Part shown: piece by piece, positions 28,823 through 37,557 of the stretch
How positions within the stretch are numbered: the first letter of the stretch is position 1
Layout: every line of letters begins with the position of its first letter
Virus record (IMG/VR): IMGVR_UViG_3300049924_000503
Location: 1-47,391 of that record
From: a virus
Lineage: Duplodnaviria; Caudoviricetes
DNA: 47,391 nt
Direction: 5' to 3' (one strand)
The notes under the pieces: model-generated
The model's input: the letters and a program-made list of their open reading frames with translations, nothing else
Told to the model about the DNA's origin: nothing
Database searches by the model: none
Made by a program: the position numbers and the translations under genes

Positions 28823-30369
28823 TACATTCCCCGAATTGAAAATTTCCAGTTTAAATCCGTGCGACGTCGATCATCATGGCCTTTGTATTTAATCAGGCCG
28901 TCAGGATTTTCAACGCTTTTGTCTCCCCAATTCCAACCAACCTTGGCCTCCGTAGGCACAATAAATTCTCGATCATGTTTGAGGATCAAAGGAACTCGTA
29001 ATATCTTAAGTGCCCAAGGTATGATGATGTCTTCAAGTTCTTCGGGATATTGGAAAAGAACGCTGTCGTGAACTTGGACTAAAAGCTGAACTTTGTTTGC
29101 ACGGTAAAGGTTGAGAAGGCCGATGTTAATTTCTTCTGCTGTCATGGATTGAGGGGAATAGGCTACTGCTTCGCGGATGGTAGACTCGTCATTGTGGCGA
29201 CCGAAGAAAAACCTACGTCGGTTAAAAAGAGTGGTAAGAGAAGCATGGTCTTTGATTTCTTGTCGAACGTATTTGTGATATTGTGGGATGCAGGGGAGAG
29301 CGGAGAAGTAATTTTGCTGGAACGTTTTGACTTCGGCGACAGGGACTTTGGCGTGCTTAGCCATAGTCTGGGGCATTCCAAGGTAATTGCTTCCGTGCCC
29401 GAGCCGTTTATCAAGGTCTCGGTAGGAATAGTTACGGTAGTAAAGCTGGTCCGCTATGGCTCGGTTGGCCTTAGCGTCATCCGTCCATGGAAGAGTTGGT
29501 CGAGCCATGCGTGAGACCTGGGTGTGAAGGTCGCCAGACTCGCATAGGTTAAGATACCCGCCCGCAAACTTCTCGCCAAATTCTTCAAGAAAATTCTCCC
29601 AACAGAGGGCTCCGAGATTACGGCTGTCCGCTTGCTCAAGGTCAAGGTTTCCAAACTTCATTCCTTCATCAGCGACAAACACAGATCGGAGATCGCGGTC
29701 AATGTTTTGGAGATTACCGCCTGTGCCGAAGTCGGAAAGGGAAGATGAAAGTCGGCCCGTGTTTGTCCCTGCGATGTTGAAATTTGTTCGCATTCGGTTG
29801 TCAGGATCGATCTCGGTTTCCAGCCACGAACGTTTCTTTTCAATGTCGCGGAGGATTAGAAGATGGGCGATTACTGGCTCGGCGATGTAGTAGATGGAAA
29901 GTTTTTCCAGCGACGTACGATCGGTCGAGGGCATCATCATGCCGTTTTGATTGCGCTTCTTCTGGACTGGTAGGCCCATCACTTCGTAGAGAAGAGTCTT
30001 CACTTGCGTAGGTGAGCGCCACCAGAGTTTGTTCTTCTCGAAGTCATTAACTACCGGCATTCCTATTCCGTCACGGACGATTTCGGTAAGCTGGTCGGAA
30101 AGCTGGCGAATTTGTTTTTTGTATTTGGCGAGCACTTCGCTGCGGCGGCGAAGATTGACTCGGAGTCCGCGCGTGGACATTTCGAGAATAGGGGCTTGCA
30201 AGGCCAAAGAAAACGCATAGGTATTGCCTGATACGTTATCAACATGCTTTGTAAGCTCATCTCGAATTTCCAGCGTAACACAGCAATCCAAGCCGTTGTA
30301 AACCCAATCGGTTTCATTCCGAGTGAGCTGTGTGTCGCGGGTTATCGTGCTGGTATCAATTATACGCAT
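28822..30369 (-). CDS. DNA polymerase family A, polymerase subunit (carries ExoIII motif)
   Basis: TGRLSS, NLQNI, motif A DLEQADSR, motif B RDLDKRLGHGSNY, motif C VHDS; YNGLD near the N-terminus; ATG at 30369. Confidence 0.92.
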   Translation of the reverse strand: MRIIDTSTITRDTQLTRNETDWVYNGLDCCVTLEIRDELTKHVDNVSGNTYAFSLALQAPILEMSTRGLRVNLRRRSEVLAKYKKQIRQLSDQLTEIVRDGIGMPVVNDFEKNKLWWRSPTQVKTLLYEVMGLPVQKKRNQNGMMMPSTDRTSLEKLSIYYIAEPVIAHLLILRDIEKKRSWLETEIDPDNRMRTNFNIAGTNTGRLSSSLSDFGTGGNLQNIDRDLRSVFVADEGMKFGNLDLEQADSRNLGALCWENFLEEFGEKFAGGYLNLCESGDLHTQVSRMARPTLPWTDDAKANRAIADQLYYRNYSYRDLDKRLGHGSNYLGMPQTMAKHAKVPVAEVKTFQQNYFSALPCIPQYHKYVRQEIKDHASLTTLFNRRRFFFGRHNDESTIREAVAYSPQSMTAEEINIGLLNLYRANKVQLLVQVHDSVLFQYPEELEDIIIPWALKILRVPLILKHDREFIVPTEAKVGWNWGDKSVENPDGLIKYKGHDDRRRTDLNWKFSIRGM

Positions 30370-30733
30370 CAGAAGGCGCTTCAAGTTCGGGATTAATTTC
30401 CGTGAAGTCTGCGTTAAAATGGACCGTAGGGATACGGAGTATCTTGGCGACGTTAAGTTCGAGTTGAACGCCCTTGGACTCCTGCCAACCTTTGAGCTGA
30501 AGGTTAAATAGAGTGTCACACCGGCGAAGGAGGTTCAAGTTGAACGTGGACCAGAAATCTGCGTCGCCAGGGAGGTTGTTTTCCTGCGCCATGCGGTAGC
30601 CGTAGACGATGGGGGAAAAGACGATGAGGTTTTCCTGTTTAACCATGTGAATGACGAAGGACTCGGCGAGGAGAAAGCGAGTCTTCTGGATTAACGGGTC
30701 CTCGTGGGAAAAAGGGGATGCGACATAGATCAT
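30356..30733 (-). CDS. DUF1937 / nucleoside 2-deoxyribosyltransferase-like protein
   Basis: IYVASPFSH, VFSPI, LLRRCD, GWQESKGVQLE. Confidence 0.75.
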   Translation of the reverse strand: MIYVASPFSHEDPLIQKTRFLLAESFVIHMVKQENLIVFSPIVYGYRMAQENNLPGDADFWSTFNLNLLRRCDTLFNLQLKGWQESKGVQLELNVAKILRIPTVHFNADFTEINPELEAPSDAYN

Positions 30734-30734
30734 A

Positions 30735-31733
30735 TCAGTCTTCCTTTTTAATAGTCTCGTGCTTGCTTCGCATGAATTTCCATGGAGCTTCTTGAGTATA
30801 GATGGATGCGAGGAAGCCAAGACTCTTTTCCATCTCCGGCTGCAACGCATGATGCAAAAGCATCGTGTCATCAGTGGCGTGTGGGCACGGTATCCCATAC
30901 TGCTTCCATAGAAAGTGCATGTCGTAGAGACCGTTCTGGAATATGAGCTGCTTCTGCAAGCCACACATGCGACTAATCCAGGCCCATGCTTTCATTTCTT
31001 CTTCGAGGGTGCGCCAGTAATTTCCATCACTGGATTTGGGGTTGTATATTGGAACCACCAAGCATCTGTCATTCGTCGGCGCAAAGCCAATACAAGTAAT
31101 TTGGTTTTGACGGGTCTCAATGTCGATGGAGAGTTTTGGCGAAGGGCGAATGTGTTGGTATTCGAAGGTGATGAGGTCTTGGAGAGTGGGCTCGATGTGA
31201 ATGAAGCGTTGGGGCTTTCGGTAAATGCTGTCGCTTGACGCTGCTCGAGCCTTGTCAAGATCACTAACAACAATAGGACGTAAAGTATAATCGCGAGCCA
31301 CAGCCGAAGGACCCCAGGTAGGGAGGACTTTGACATTGTTTCTTCCTTGAACTACGGCGCCTCGAATTTGCTTCACGCCGGTGGTGTTAAGCATGGCCCA
31401 TGAAGCGGCGGGGCCAAGAGTGATTATGATGTTTGGCTTTATTTCGTCAATCTCACGGTAGAGGCGTTCGAGTTCGGGGAGATATTTTTTGTTGATATAC
31501 TTTCCTTTTCCCACGCTTACACGACCGGGAATGCCTTCAGCCTTGAAACCGGCTAATGTCTGCACATCATTGCATACAAAGGCAAACACGGCGGTGGAGT
31601 GGCATGATTTGAAATCGATCCCCACTTGCTTAAGCATGTTGCGGAATAGAAAGCCAGAGGCACTTGAGAACAATGTTCCTTCGTGCATGTCCTCTTGTGT
31701 CCAAGCCTCGGCGAGTAGAAGTATGTCAGGCAT
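30735..31733 (-). CDS. degenerate uracil-DNA-glycosylase-like domain fused to the N-terminal part of a 3'-5' exonuclease
   Basis: UDG-like EIDEIKPNIIITLG..A and VLPTWGPSAV; ExoI SIDIET, ExoII FQNGLYD, DTMLLHH. Confidence 0.85.
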   Translation of the reverse strand: MPDILLLAEAWTQEDMHEGTLFSSASGFLFRNMLKQVGIDFKSCHSTAVFAFVCNDVQTLAGFKAEGIPGRVSVGKGKYINKKYLPELERLYREIDEIKPNIIITLGPAASWAMLNTTGVKQIRGAVVQGRNNVKVLPTWGPSAVARDYTLRPIVVSDLDKARAASSDSIYRKPQRFIHIEPTLQDLITFEYQHIRPSPKLSIDIETRQNQITCIGFAPTNDRCLVVPIYNPKSSDGNYWRTLEEEMKAWAWISRMCGLQKQLIFQNGLYDMHFLWKQYGIPCPHATDDTMLLHHALQPEMEKSLGFLASIYTQEAPWKFMRSKHETIKKED

Positions 31734-31768
31734 GATATGGTTTATCCACGGTGTTGATTAGCCATATC
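31734..31768. promoter_or_regulatory. 35-bp palindrome, copy C
   Basis: GATATGG-TTTATCCAC-GGT-GTTGATTAG-CCATATC, abutting the ATG of the UDG-exo gene. Confidence 0.75.
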
Positions 31769-32095
31769 CAATTCCCGTTCTTGCAGCATCGCTTTGAACA
31801 GCATGAGATAGACAAGCAGATCATCTACACGACCGGAAATGGGCTCCATGCGGTCACGACGCTTCCCGACACGTTCGTCTTTGATATATTGCATTAAGGC
31901 ATCCCAATGCTTGGCCGCGTAAACAGCCCATACGGTCTCCATGGGAACGCCGAGCGTCTCTGCGTTGTGTCGGAAGTTTGCAAGCCGGTCGTCGTCGCCG
32001 GAGTATTCTCCACCCTTCTTTTTCCCAAGTTCACGCATTTTGGTAAAAGTATTTTCCATCAAAAAATTATAGTCAGAGTGCGGGAATGTTGGCAT
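31742..32095 (-). CDS. Nmad1/DUF1599-like (MazG-fold) nucleotide-modification-associated protein
   Basis: KKGGEYS...LANF...KH...EPISGRVDDLLVYLML. Confidence 0.6.
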   Translation of the reverse strand: MPTFPHSDYNFLMENTFTKMRELGKKKGGEYSGDDDRLANFRHNAETLGVPMETVWAVYAAKHWDALMQYIKDERVGKRRDRMEPISGRVDDLLVYLMLFKAMLQERELDMANQHRG

Positions 32096-33344
32096 AGTAG
32101 GCTTCCTTTGCGAGGTTGAAGAAGGTTTCGTCTCTTTCGATACCGAGGAGCGTATTTGCTCCAAGGTTTTCTGCAGCCTTGATGCTGTTTCCGCTGCCGC
32201 ATGTGGGGTCCAAGACCAAAGAATATTCATCGACAAACATCCTCATAAAGTGTTGAAGCATTTCAACGGGTTTTTCGTTTGAGTGAATGGATTTGCCCCC
32301 ACCAGGCGCGGCCTTCACATTGGACACTGCGTTTACGATTAGACGGTCCCCGCGCGAGGCGAAAAATGCAGTCTCGTAAATACGGCGAGGGCCTCGGGAA
32401 GCGTCAGGAAGAATGCCAATGTTATCAGATTTGGTCCAGATCAAAGGGAACGGGTTGACGCGCCAGCCCATTTCGGTCAAGGCTTGCTTTGTCTCCGCGT
32501 AAAAGTCCATCGAAAACCAGAACATGAGATGGGCGGACTCGGAGACTACGTTGTCCATCGCGAGCTTGAGCCCTCGAAGAAGCTGCCAGTAAGTCTCCGG
32601 CGAGTCTTCGTAGGTGCCAAACGCAGAGCCGCCGCCTTGGTCAGACTTGTGCATGGCAACGCCGTACGGAAAGTCGCAATGGATGAAATTAAAAGGAATT
32701 CCAGAGAAGGATTTCGACCACTCAAGAAAATCTCCATGGAGAAGAGGCGGAATTTTTTCCATTATAACTGGCGCATCAGGGGCGATTGACGCGGCGATAG
32801 CTGTATCGATTGCGGTGGCCTTTTTACGCTCCATGCTTCGTGTGACGATACCGCGAGCGGTGGAGTAGAGCGGAGCGTTGATTACGGTAGCGTTTCCGGC
32901 GATGATCTCTTCGGCGACTTGCCGCCGCTGGCTGACTTCTTGCTGCGTCATATTGAGGGCTTCGCCAGTGCGAACGGAAGTCCACTTAGGGTCTTGGGCG
33001 AGGCGAAGCTTGTGGTATTGTTCAACGGCAAGGCACTGCTCTTGCCACGGTAAGTCCACACGAGAGACGTTTTCTTCAAGCTCGATCGCGTGGAGTTCGA
33101 TCTCGGATAGTTCATCGACGAACTGCACTGGCATGTGGGTCCAGCCAAGAAGTTTGATGGCCGTCCATCTGCGTTCGCCGACTATGAGTTCTCCGTCACG
33201 CTTAATGACGGGTGGATGGATGAGACCGTTATCGGCGATTGACTTGGCAAGATCTTCGATTTTCAGAAGGGTCTTGCGCTGTCGGGTGGCGCGGTCTACC
33301 CAAATGGAAGCTACGGGGAACGAGGTGAACTGGCCTGAGGTCAT
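32073..33344 (-). CDS. ParB-like N-terminal domain + HTH + N4C/N6A DNA methyltransferase fusion
   Basis: SIADNGLIHPP, LIVGERRW and EENVSRVDL (ParB); CDFPYG, HSNEKP and VLDPTCGSG (beta-class MTase). Confidence 0.88.
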   Translation of the reverse strand: MTSGQFTSFPVASIWVDRATRQRKTLLKIEDLAKSIADNGLIHPPVIKRDGELIVGERRWTAIKLLGWTHMPVQFVDELSEIELHAIELEENVSRVDLPWQEQCLAVEQYHKLRLAQDPKWTSVRTGEALNMTQQEVSQRRQVAEEIIAGNATVINAPLYSTARGIVTRSMERKKATAIDTAIAASIAPDAPVIMEKIPPLLHGDFLEWSKSFSGIPFNFIHCDFPYGVAMHKSDQGGGSAFGTYEDSPETYWQLLRGLKLAMDNVVSESAHLMFWFSMDFYAETKQALTEMGWRVNPFPLIWTKSDNIGILPDASRGPRRIYETAFFASRGDRLIVNAVSNVKAAPGGGKSIHSNEKPVEMLQHFMRMFVDEYSLVLDPTCGSGNSIKAAENLGANTLLGIERDETFFNLAKEAYYANIPAL

Positions 33345-33553
33345 TTCGTAATTTCCTCAAGCATGAGTGTGGATACGGGAATGAGGCCGTAGGCTTTTCG
33401 GTCGTAGTGCTTCTTGCACCGAAAGAGGGCCTCGTCATAGGTGTATTTGTGGGCGTCTTTTTGCTCAGTGGTGTAGCCGCCACGGGCCGAGGCCCAGCCG
33501 TGATAGCGAGTGCTCCAGAGAAGATAAAGATCAGTGGACATAGCTTGCTCCAT
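33341..33553 (-). CDS. hypothetical protein
   Basis: YLLWS..H.W....GYT....A..YT.DEA pattern common in phages; ATGA overlap. Confidence 0.6.
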   Translation of the reverse strand: MEQAMSTDLYLLWSTRYHGWASARGGYTTEQKDAHKYTYDEALFRCKKHYDRKAYGLIPVSTLMLEEITK

Positions 33554-33565
33554 TGTTAAAGGGGA

Positions 33566-33591
33566 TTGGGGGAGCTTTTACACTCCCCCAA
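33566..33591 (-). terminator. stem-loop, possible terminator
   Basis: TTGGGGGAG/CTCCCCCAA 9-bp stem just after the SSB gene; weak U-tract. Confidence 0.5.
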
Positions 33592-33598
33592 CGTTAGC

Positions 33599-34063
33599 TT
33601 ACTCCACCGGCGCTGTTCGGCCGATATTTGCGTGGAAGATTTCCGCGTCATTCTTGTCTGACTTCCAGACAATCGTGCCGAGGATTTGTCCGTTGACGGT
33701 GGAGTTCAGGGCCTCGGTGACGGACATTTCCGGAGTCGCCGAGCCGACTGTGACTTCACAGAAACGGCGGAGGTTAAACAGCGTGCGCTCGAATTCCGTC
33801 TTGTCGTTCTTGTTGAACATGAAGCGGTGGCGCTGCATGATTTTGCTCACGTCACCGTAGGCCGCGAGCGCGTCAGCGTCAACGTCTTCAGTCGGAGCGA
33901 GCGCTTTCAGCTGAAAGTCCACAACGTCCCAAGCGTCGCCTTTGAGGGTCTCGATCGAAGGCACTTTCGTGATTGACCAAAGGTAGGTGCCAACAGGCGG
34001 GAGAGGTGGGCGTTCAACATCTGCGAGTTTGGTATTGGCGATAGATTTGAAATCAAGTGTCAT
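33599..34063 (-). CDS. DUF669-like single-stranded DNA-binding protein
   Basis: PPLPPVGTY motif; lies downstream of the Sak4-like ATPase; AAGGA SD. Confidence 0.6.
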   Translation of the reverse strand: MTLDFKSIANTKLADVERPPLPPVGTYLWSITKVPSIETLKGDAWDVVDFQLKALAPTEDVDADALAAYGDVSKIMQRHRFMFNKNDKTEFERTLFNLRRFCEVTVGSATPEMSVTEALNSTVNGQILGTIVWKSDKNDAEIFHANIGRTAPVE

Positions 34064-34076
34064 GGTGAGGGTTTCC

Positions 34077-34886
34077 TTAAATGGCTTCTTTGAGCATACG
34101 GAACAGGTCAGCCATTCCTGTTTCGAGGGGAAGCTCCGCATCAAGTTTAAATGTGATGGGAGATTTCAGGTCGACAATGCCAGTGGGCACGGTCTTGATT
34201 TTGCGTTTCACGTTCTTACCAACGCCCGAGGACTCGGCCATTACAAGAGTGTTAAAGTAGCGGGCGAGGATCGGGCCAAGGGCGGTGCCCACGGCGTTGG
34301 GGTAGCCTTTCGTCACACCTTCGACAATCTCCTTGTAATTAACGTGAGAGATCACGATGACATTGGCGTGAAACTCCTCGGAAGTAAGGAGGGCGATTGT
34401 GTCCTCGACGCCTTTCTGCGCGGTGGCATACCATTGGCGAGGGTCTTTTGCCGTCGGGTTCATGCCTTGCGCCCATGCGTAGGCCGCGCGAGAGTATGCA
34501 GAAAGAGAGTCAAGGACGAAGATATACTCCGGTCCCCAAGTGGAAGGAATGGTTTTGTCTTCCCATTCGGCCATGTATTTGAGGCCGTCAGTGAAGGCGC
34601 GAGGAGCTCCGGCAATGACAGGGCCTATGGCGCCGCCATACAGACCGCTTGGCGCGGTTTTCATCTTGTCCCGCAGCGTGACGTAACCTACGTTACCAAT
34701 CTTGTCGGGGCATTCCTTGCGTACATAGGCCGCGAGTGTGTCAATGCCCCGGTCATAGTCGAGGATGCGGAGTTTGTACCCGGCGGCTATGAGGGAAGTC
34801 AGAGACCCGGTCTTGCCGCTGCCACTGTCTCCGATGTAGAGAAGCTTGATAACGTTGTCGTTTTTGAGTTCATTGAGGGAAGGCAT
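34077..34886 (-). CDS. AAA_24/Sak4-like ATPase (recombinase)
   Basis: KLLYIGDSGSGKT, ILDYDRG, FVLDSLS, VIVISH; CAGGAG SD. Confidence 0.8.
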   Translation of the reverse strand: MPSLNELKNDNVIKLLYIGDSGSGKTGSLTSLIAAGYKLRILDYDRGIDTLAAYVRKECPDKIGNVGYVTLRDKMKTAPSGLYGGAIGPVIAGAPRAFTDGLKYMAEWEDKTIPSTWGPEYIFVLDSLSAYSRAAYAWAQGMNPTAKDPRQWYATAQKGVEDTIALLTSEEFHANVIVISHVNYKEIVEGVTKGYPNAVGTALGPILARYFNTLVMAESSGVGKNVKRKIKTVPTGIVDLKSPITFKLDAELPLETGMADLFRMLKEAI

Positions 34887-34888
34887 TG

Positions 34889-35809
34889 TTATCTCCTGTC
34901 CAGAGGGTCCCACGATGGGCCCTTCACAAAATCTGCCGCGAGGAAATTCTCCCGAACTTCGGACGAGCGACTGCATATGCGGCGAAACTCGCATCCGCCA
35001 TAATTTCCACAAGCAGTACGGTTCATGGGAAAATATTTATCCAGTGTATGCTGGCGCGTGGACTCGATCAAGCCCATGGTCTCGTCATACCACTCGTTAA
35101 GCTGTGACTTTGTGCGGAACGTAAAGCCACGTTCAAAGCGTGTAAAGCCCACGGCGATCTGCGCTGCATCGATTATGACTCCACGAACAGGAAGATTAAA
35201 GATTGCCTGTCCGGCAAATGTGTAGGTAGACATTTGAATGTCTGGGTTGAAGCCGTTGAAATAGTTTTGCGCGAGTGCGGACTTCGTGGTCTTCTGGTCC
35301 ATGACATAAACGTCACCAGAGTATTCAACGAGGCGGTCGAGGTGGCCGGCGAGGACGTAGCCATTATCGACGTTGAAGGAGAATGAAAGCTCTACGGCGG
35401 GCTTGCCATCGGAAAGATGGACTACGGAAATCTTCTCGCGCCCGAACTGCTCGACATACCAGATTATGGAACGGATCAAGTTCTCACGAGTTTTTGCGGA
35501 GTCCGGGGAAAGCCACGGGCCTTCAGGCGTCCACGTTATTATAAGGGCTTCATGCACGACGAGGGAAAGGGCCTCGTCCAAGGTCACGCCAAGAGCGATG
35601 TGCTTGTAGTAATGCTCGAGGGCTGTGGCATAATGTTTTCCGAAAGTGAGATGGAAGGACTCGGCAGTGCCGTACCAACCTTCGAGCATTTTATATTGAT
35701 ATTTGCGAAGGCAAGTTTGAGCGAGAGTAAGAGACGTAGCATCCCATACGTATTGCGCTCCGCTGGCGTCGAAAGATTTATTTACGAATGTTCCAGAGGA
35801 TGACAGCAT
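34889..35809 (-). CDS. PD-(D/E)XK Cas4/RecB-like exonuclease
   Basis: CLRKY, GHLDRLV...VMDQKT, QMSTY, C-terminal C....GCEFRRIC. Confidence 0.85.
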   Translation of the reverse strand: MLSSSGTFVNKSFDASGAQYVWDATSLTLAQTCLRKYQYKMLEGWYGTAESFHLTFGKHYATALEHYYKHIALGVTLDEALSLVVHEALIITWTPEGPWLSPDSAKTRENLIRSIIWYVEQFGREKISVVHLSDGKPAVELSFSFNVDNGYVLAGHLDRLVEYSGDVYVMDQKTTKSALAQNYFNGFNPDIQMSTYTFAGQAIFNLPVRGVIIDAAQIAVGFTRFERGFTFRTKSQLNEWYDETMGLIESTRQHTLDKYFPMNRTACGNYGGCEFRRICSRSSEVRENFLAADFVKGPSWDPLDRR

Positions 35810-35963
35810 GGTTAGGTTCCTTTGCTCGGGGGCCAGATGCTTTGCAGTTGCCGCAAGCTACACGATAGTATTTGTTTAGACCGACTTGATGTTCTGTCAG
35901 CGCTGTTGGGTTCTCAGCGCAGAACGGACATAGGGAGCAAGTAAGCTCCGAGTCAAAGATCAA
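35778..35963 (-). CDS. Lar-like restriction-alleviation zinc-ribbon protein
   Basis: CPFC...V.C..C.ASGP.....A...WN pattern; start uncertain (TTG at 35963 assumed). Confidence 0.65.
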   Translation of the reverse strand: MIFDSELTCSLCPFCAENPTALTEHQVGLNKYYRVACGNCKASGPRAKEPNHAVILWNIRK

Positions 35964-36162
35964 GGTCGAGTTTGAGACTGTCTTTGAGGGAGAGGATTTG
36001 CTGTTGCTTTGCGGTTGGGAGTTTGGTGCTTCCGGCATTGAGGTTCCCCATGTTGAATTGGGCGCGCTTGGCCCGCATTTCGGCTATGATGGCGACGAGT
36101 TCGCCGTTTTCTTTGGTGTAGGAGAGAGGGTCGCGAGCGAAAATTTCAGTAAGGTCGGTCAT
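35953..36162 (-). CDS. hypothetical protein (C-terminal KLDLDL)
   Basis: AGGAG SD; tiles the operon. Confidence 0.7.
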   Translation of the reverse strand: MTDLTEIFARDPLSYTKENGELVAIIAEMRAKRAQFNMGNLNAGSTKLPTAKQQQILSLKDSLKLDLDL

Positions 36163-36344
36163 TTCGTACTCCTGCATTTAGGACAATCTTCCCAATCAGC
36201 AACGCCATGTTCGCAAGGCGCAAAGGCGCGAGCGAAGCTTTCACGCTGCGCTTTGTGCATAGCTTCACGTTCAGCCGGGCTAGCGGTCTTCCACCAGTCA
36301 ACAGCTTTACGTAGTTTTTCTGCGGGGATTGCTTCGCGGGTCAT
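36159..36344 (-). CDS. hypothetical protein with CEHG...C..C zinc motif
   Basis: ATGA overlaps; GGAGG SD. Confidence 0.6.
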   Translation of the reverse strand: MTREAIPAEKLRKAVDWWKTASPAEREAMHKAQRESFARAFAPCEHGVADWEDCPKCRSTK

Positions 36345-36595
36345 TCACCCCTCCTGCGGATGGCGGTGGCTATAGATCGCGCCTGAATATCAAGAAGTGT
36401 TGAACTCATTATCGACTTGTCTTCTAGTTCCGCCACCTTCGCGCATTCCTCCCGTTCGCGCGCGACGGCGGCGACAAGGGCGCGGGCGAACCAAATACGA
36501 GCGGGTGTAGGCACTAACTCTTTTTGAGAGGCCCAATATTTAAGGAGCGTTTTCTCAACTTCCTCCATCGCCCATTGCGGGATTGCGTCAGTCAT
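36341..36595 (-). CDS. hypothetical protein
   Basis: AREREECAKVAE...IATAIR motif common in phages. Confidence 0.65.
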   Translation of the reverse strand: MTDAIPQWAMEEVEKTLLKYWASQKELVPTPARIWFARALVAAVAREREECAKVAELEDKSIMSSTLLDIQARSIATAIRRRGE

Positions 36596-36954
36596 GGCTT
36601 CATCCTCTTCGCCCGTTCCGCCATGAAGAGGTCAGCAGCATCAAATGCGCGTTGTATCCAGTCTGGGAATGCGCCCTTTGAGTTCCAATGATTCTTCGCC
36701 ACGTCATCCCACAAGCGCTGCTCATAGGATGGTTCAGACGGGGAGGTGACTGGGGCGGGCAGGACTTCGATGATGTCAGAAAAATGGTCTGTATCTGCGC
36801 ACTTTCCATCTTCGCGCCATATCTCACATCCTTTATAAGGTCCCCATATCCAAGGAGCTTGCCCGCTGCGTTTAATTGGCCCGACTTCCTCCCCATTCCG
36901 CAGCCGCACAAAGCAGCCCTCGCGGATTGGTCCGTTGATGATTTCAGTCGGCAT
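36592..36954 (-). CDS. hypothetical protein
   Basis: RLRNGEEVGP N-terminal module and A...AD..MAER C-terminal module. Confidence 0.6.
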   Translation of the reverse strand: MPTEIINGPIREGCFVRLRNGEEVGPIKRSGQAPWIWGPYKGCEIWREDGKCADTDHFSDIIEVLPAPVTSPSEPSYEQRLWDDVAKNHWNSKGAFPDWIQRAFDAADLFMAERAKRMKP

Positions 36955-37294
36955 GATTATTCTCTACAGGTTCCACAGTGTTCATGTTGTTGCCGAGGCG
37001 GCAAGCTTCAACAGGGTCAGGACGCCCATGAGAACGTGCGGCGATTTGCAGGTCGAGTACGGCGGAAACGAATTGCTTGTGAGTGTGCTTGTTATTTTTT
37101 GCTAATGCGACAGCGAACATTGTTAACATTCCGAAAACAAAGCCAACCCACTGCATGGCGGAACTGCCAACCGCCCATCCCGTTGCTATCGGCGCAATCA
37201 CGAGAAACAGAATAGTCAACACGTGCTGCGTCCACTTTGTCCATGTAGGGCGAACATCAACTGAAATTCTGATAGTGTCCTTAAAAGTAGTCAT
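36944..37294 (-). CDS. hypothetical membrane protein
   Basis: two hydrophobic helices; GGAG SD. Confidence 0.6.
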   Translation of the reverse strand: MTTFKDTIRISVDVRPTWTKWTQHVLTILFLVIAPIATGWAVGSSAMQWVGFVFGMLTMFAVALAKNNKHTHKQFVSAVLDLQIAARSHGRPDPVEACRLGNNMNTVEPVENNHAD

Positions 37295-37356
37295 GCTAAT
37301 TCTCCAATTTTACCAGAACATTAGATTTCAGGTCTTCATCTTCCTGATGATTTCAG

Positions 37357-37557
37357 TCATAGTCCCGTCTCCACATCAGGCATATCGACTTGCGTAACGC
37401 CAGCGTTTATTTTATTGATATGAGCGCGAATGAGGCGGCGAATGAATACTGAAGCGCCTCCATTGCGGGCATACATTTCGGTAAGTTTTGCAAAATCTCC
37501 TACATACAAATGCAAGGTATGTTTTTGCAATTCTTCATGCTCAATGGTGCGGGGCAT
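37357..37557 (-). CDS. hypothetical protein (possible ribbon-helix-helix)
   Basis: KHTLHLY strand then helices, ASVFIRRLIR; TAATG coupling. Confidence 0.6.
   Translation of the reverse strand: MPRTIEHEELQKHTLHLYVGDFAKLTEMYARNGGASVFIRRLIRAHINKINAGVTQVDMPDVETGL

Noticed and set aside
30370-30519. In-frame upstream extension of the polymerase ORF as evidence of frameshift or bypass
   Set aside because: It overlaps the well-formed DUF1937 gene, looks non-conserved, and no slippery or matched take-off/landing site was recognised
28822-33344. Z-genome (2-aminoadenine) system
   Set aside because: No PurZ or DatZ homologue visible
37320-37360. CTGATGA on the + strand as a third hammerhead
   Set aside because: No correctly placed GAAA, stem III or NUH site; antisense to the operon
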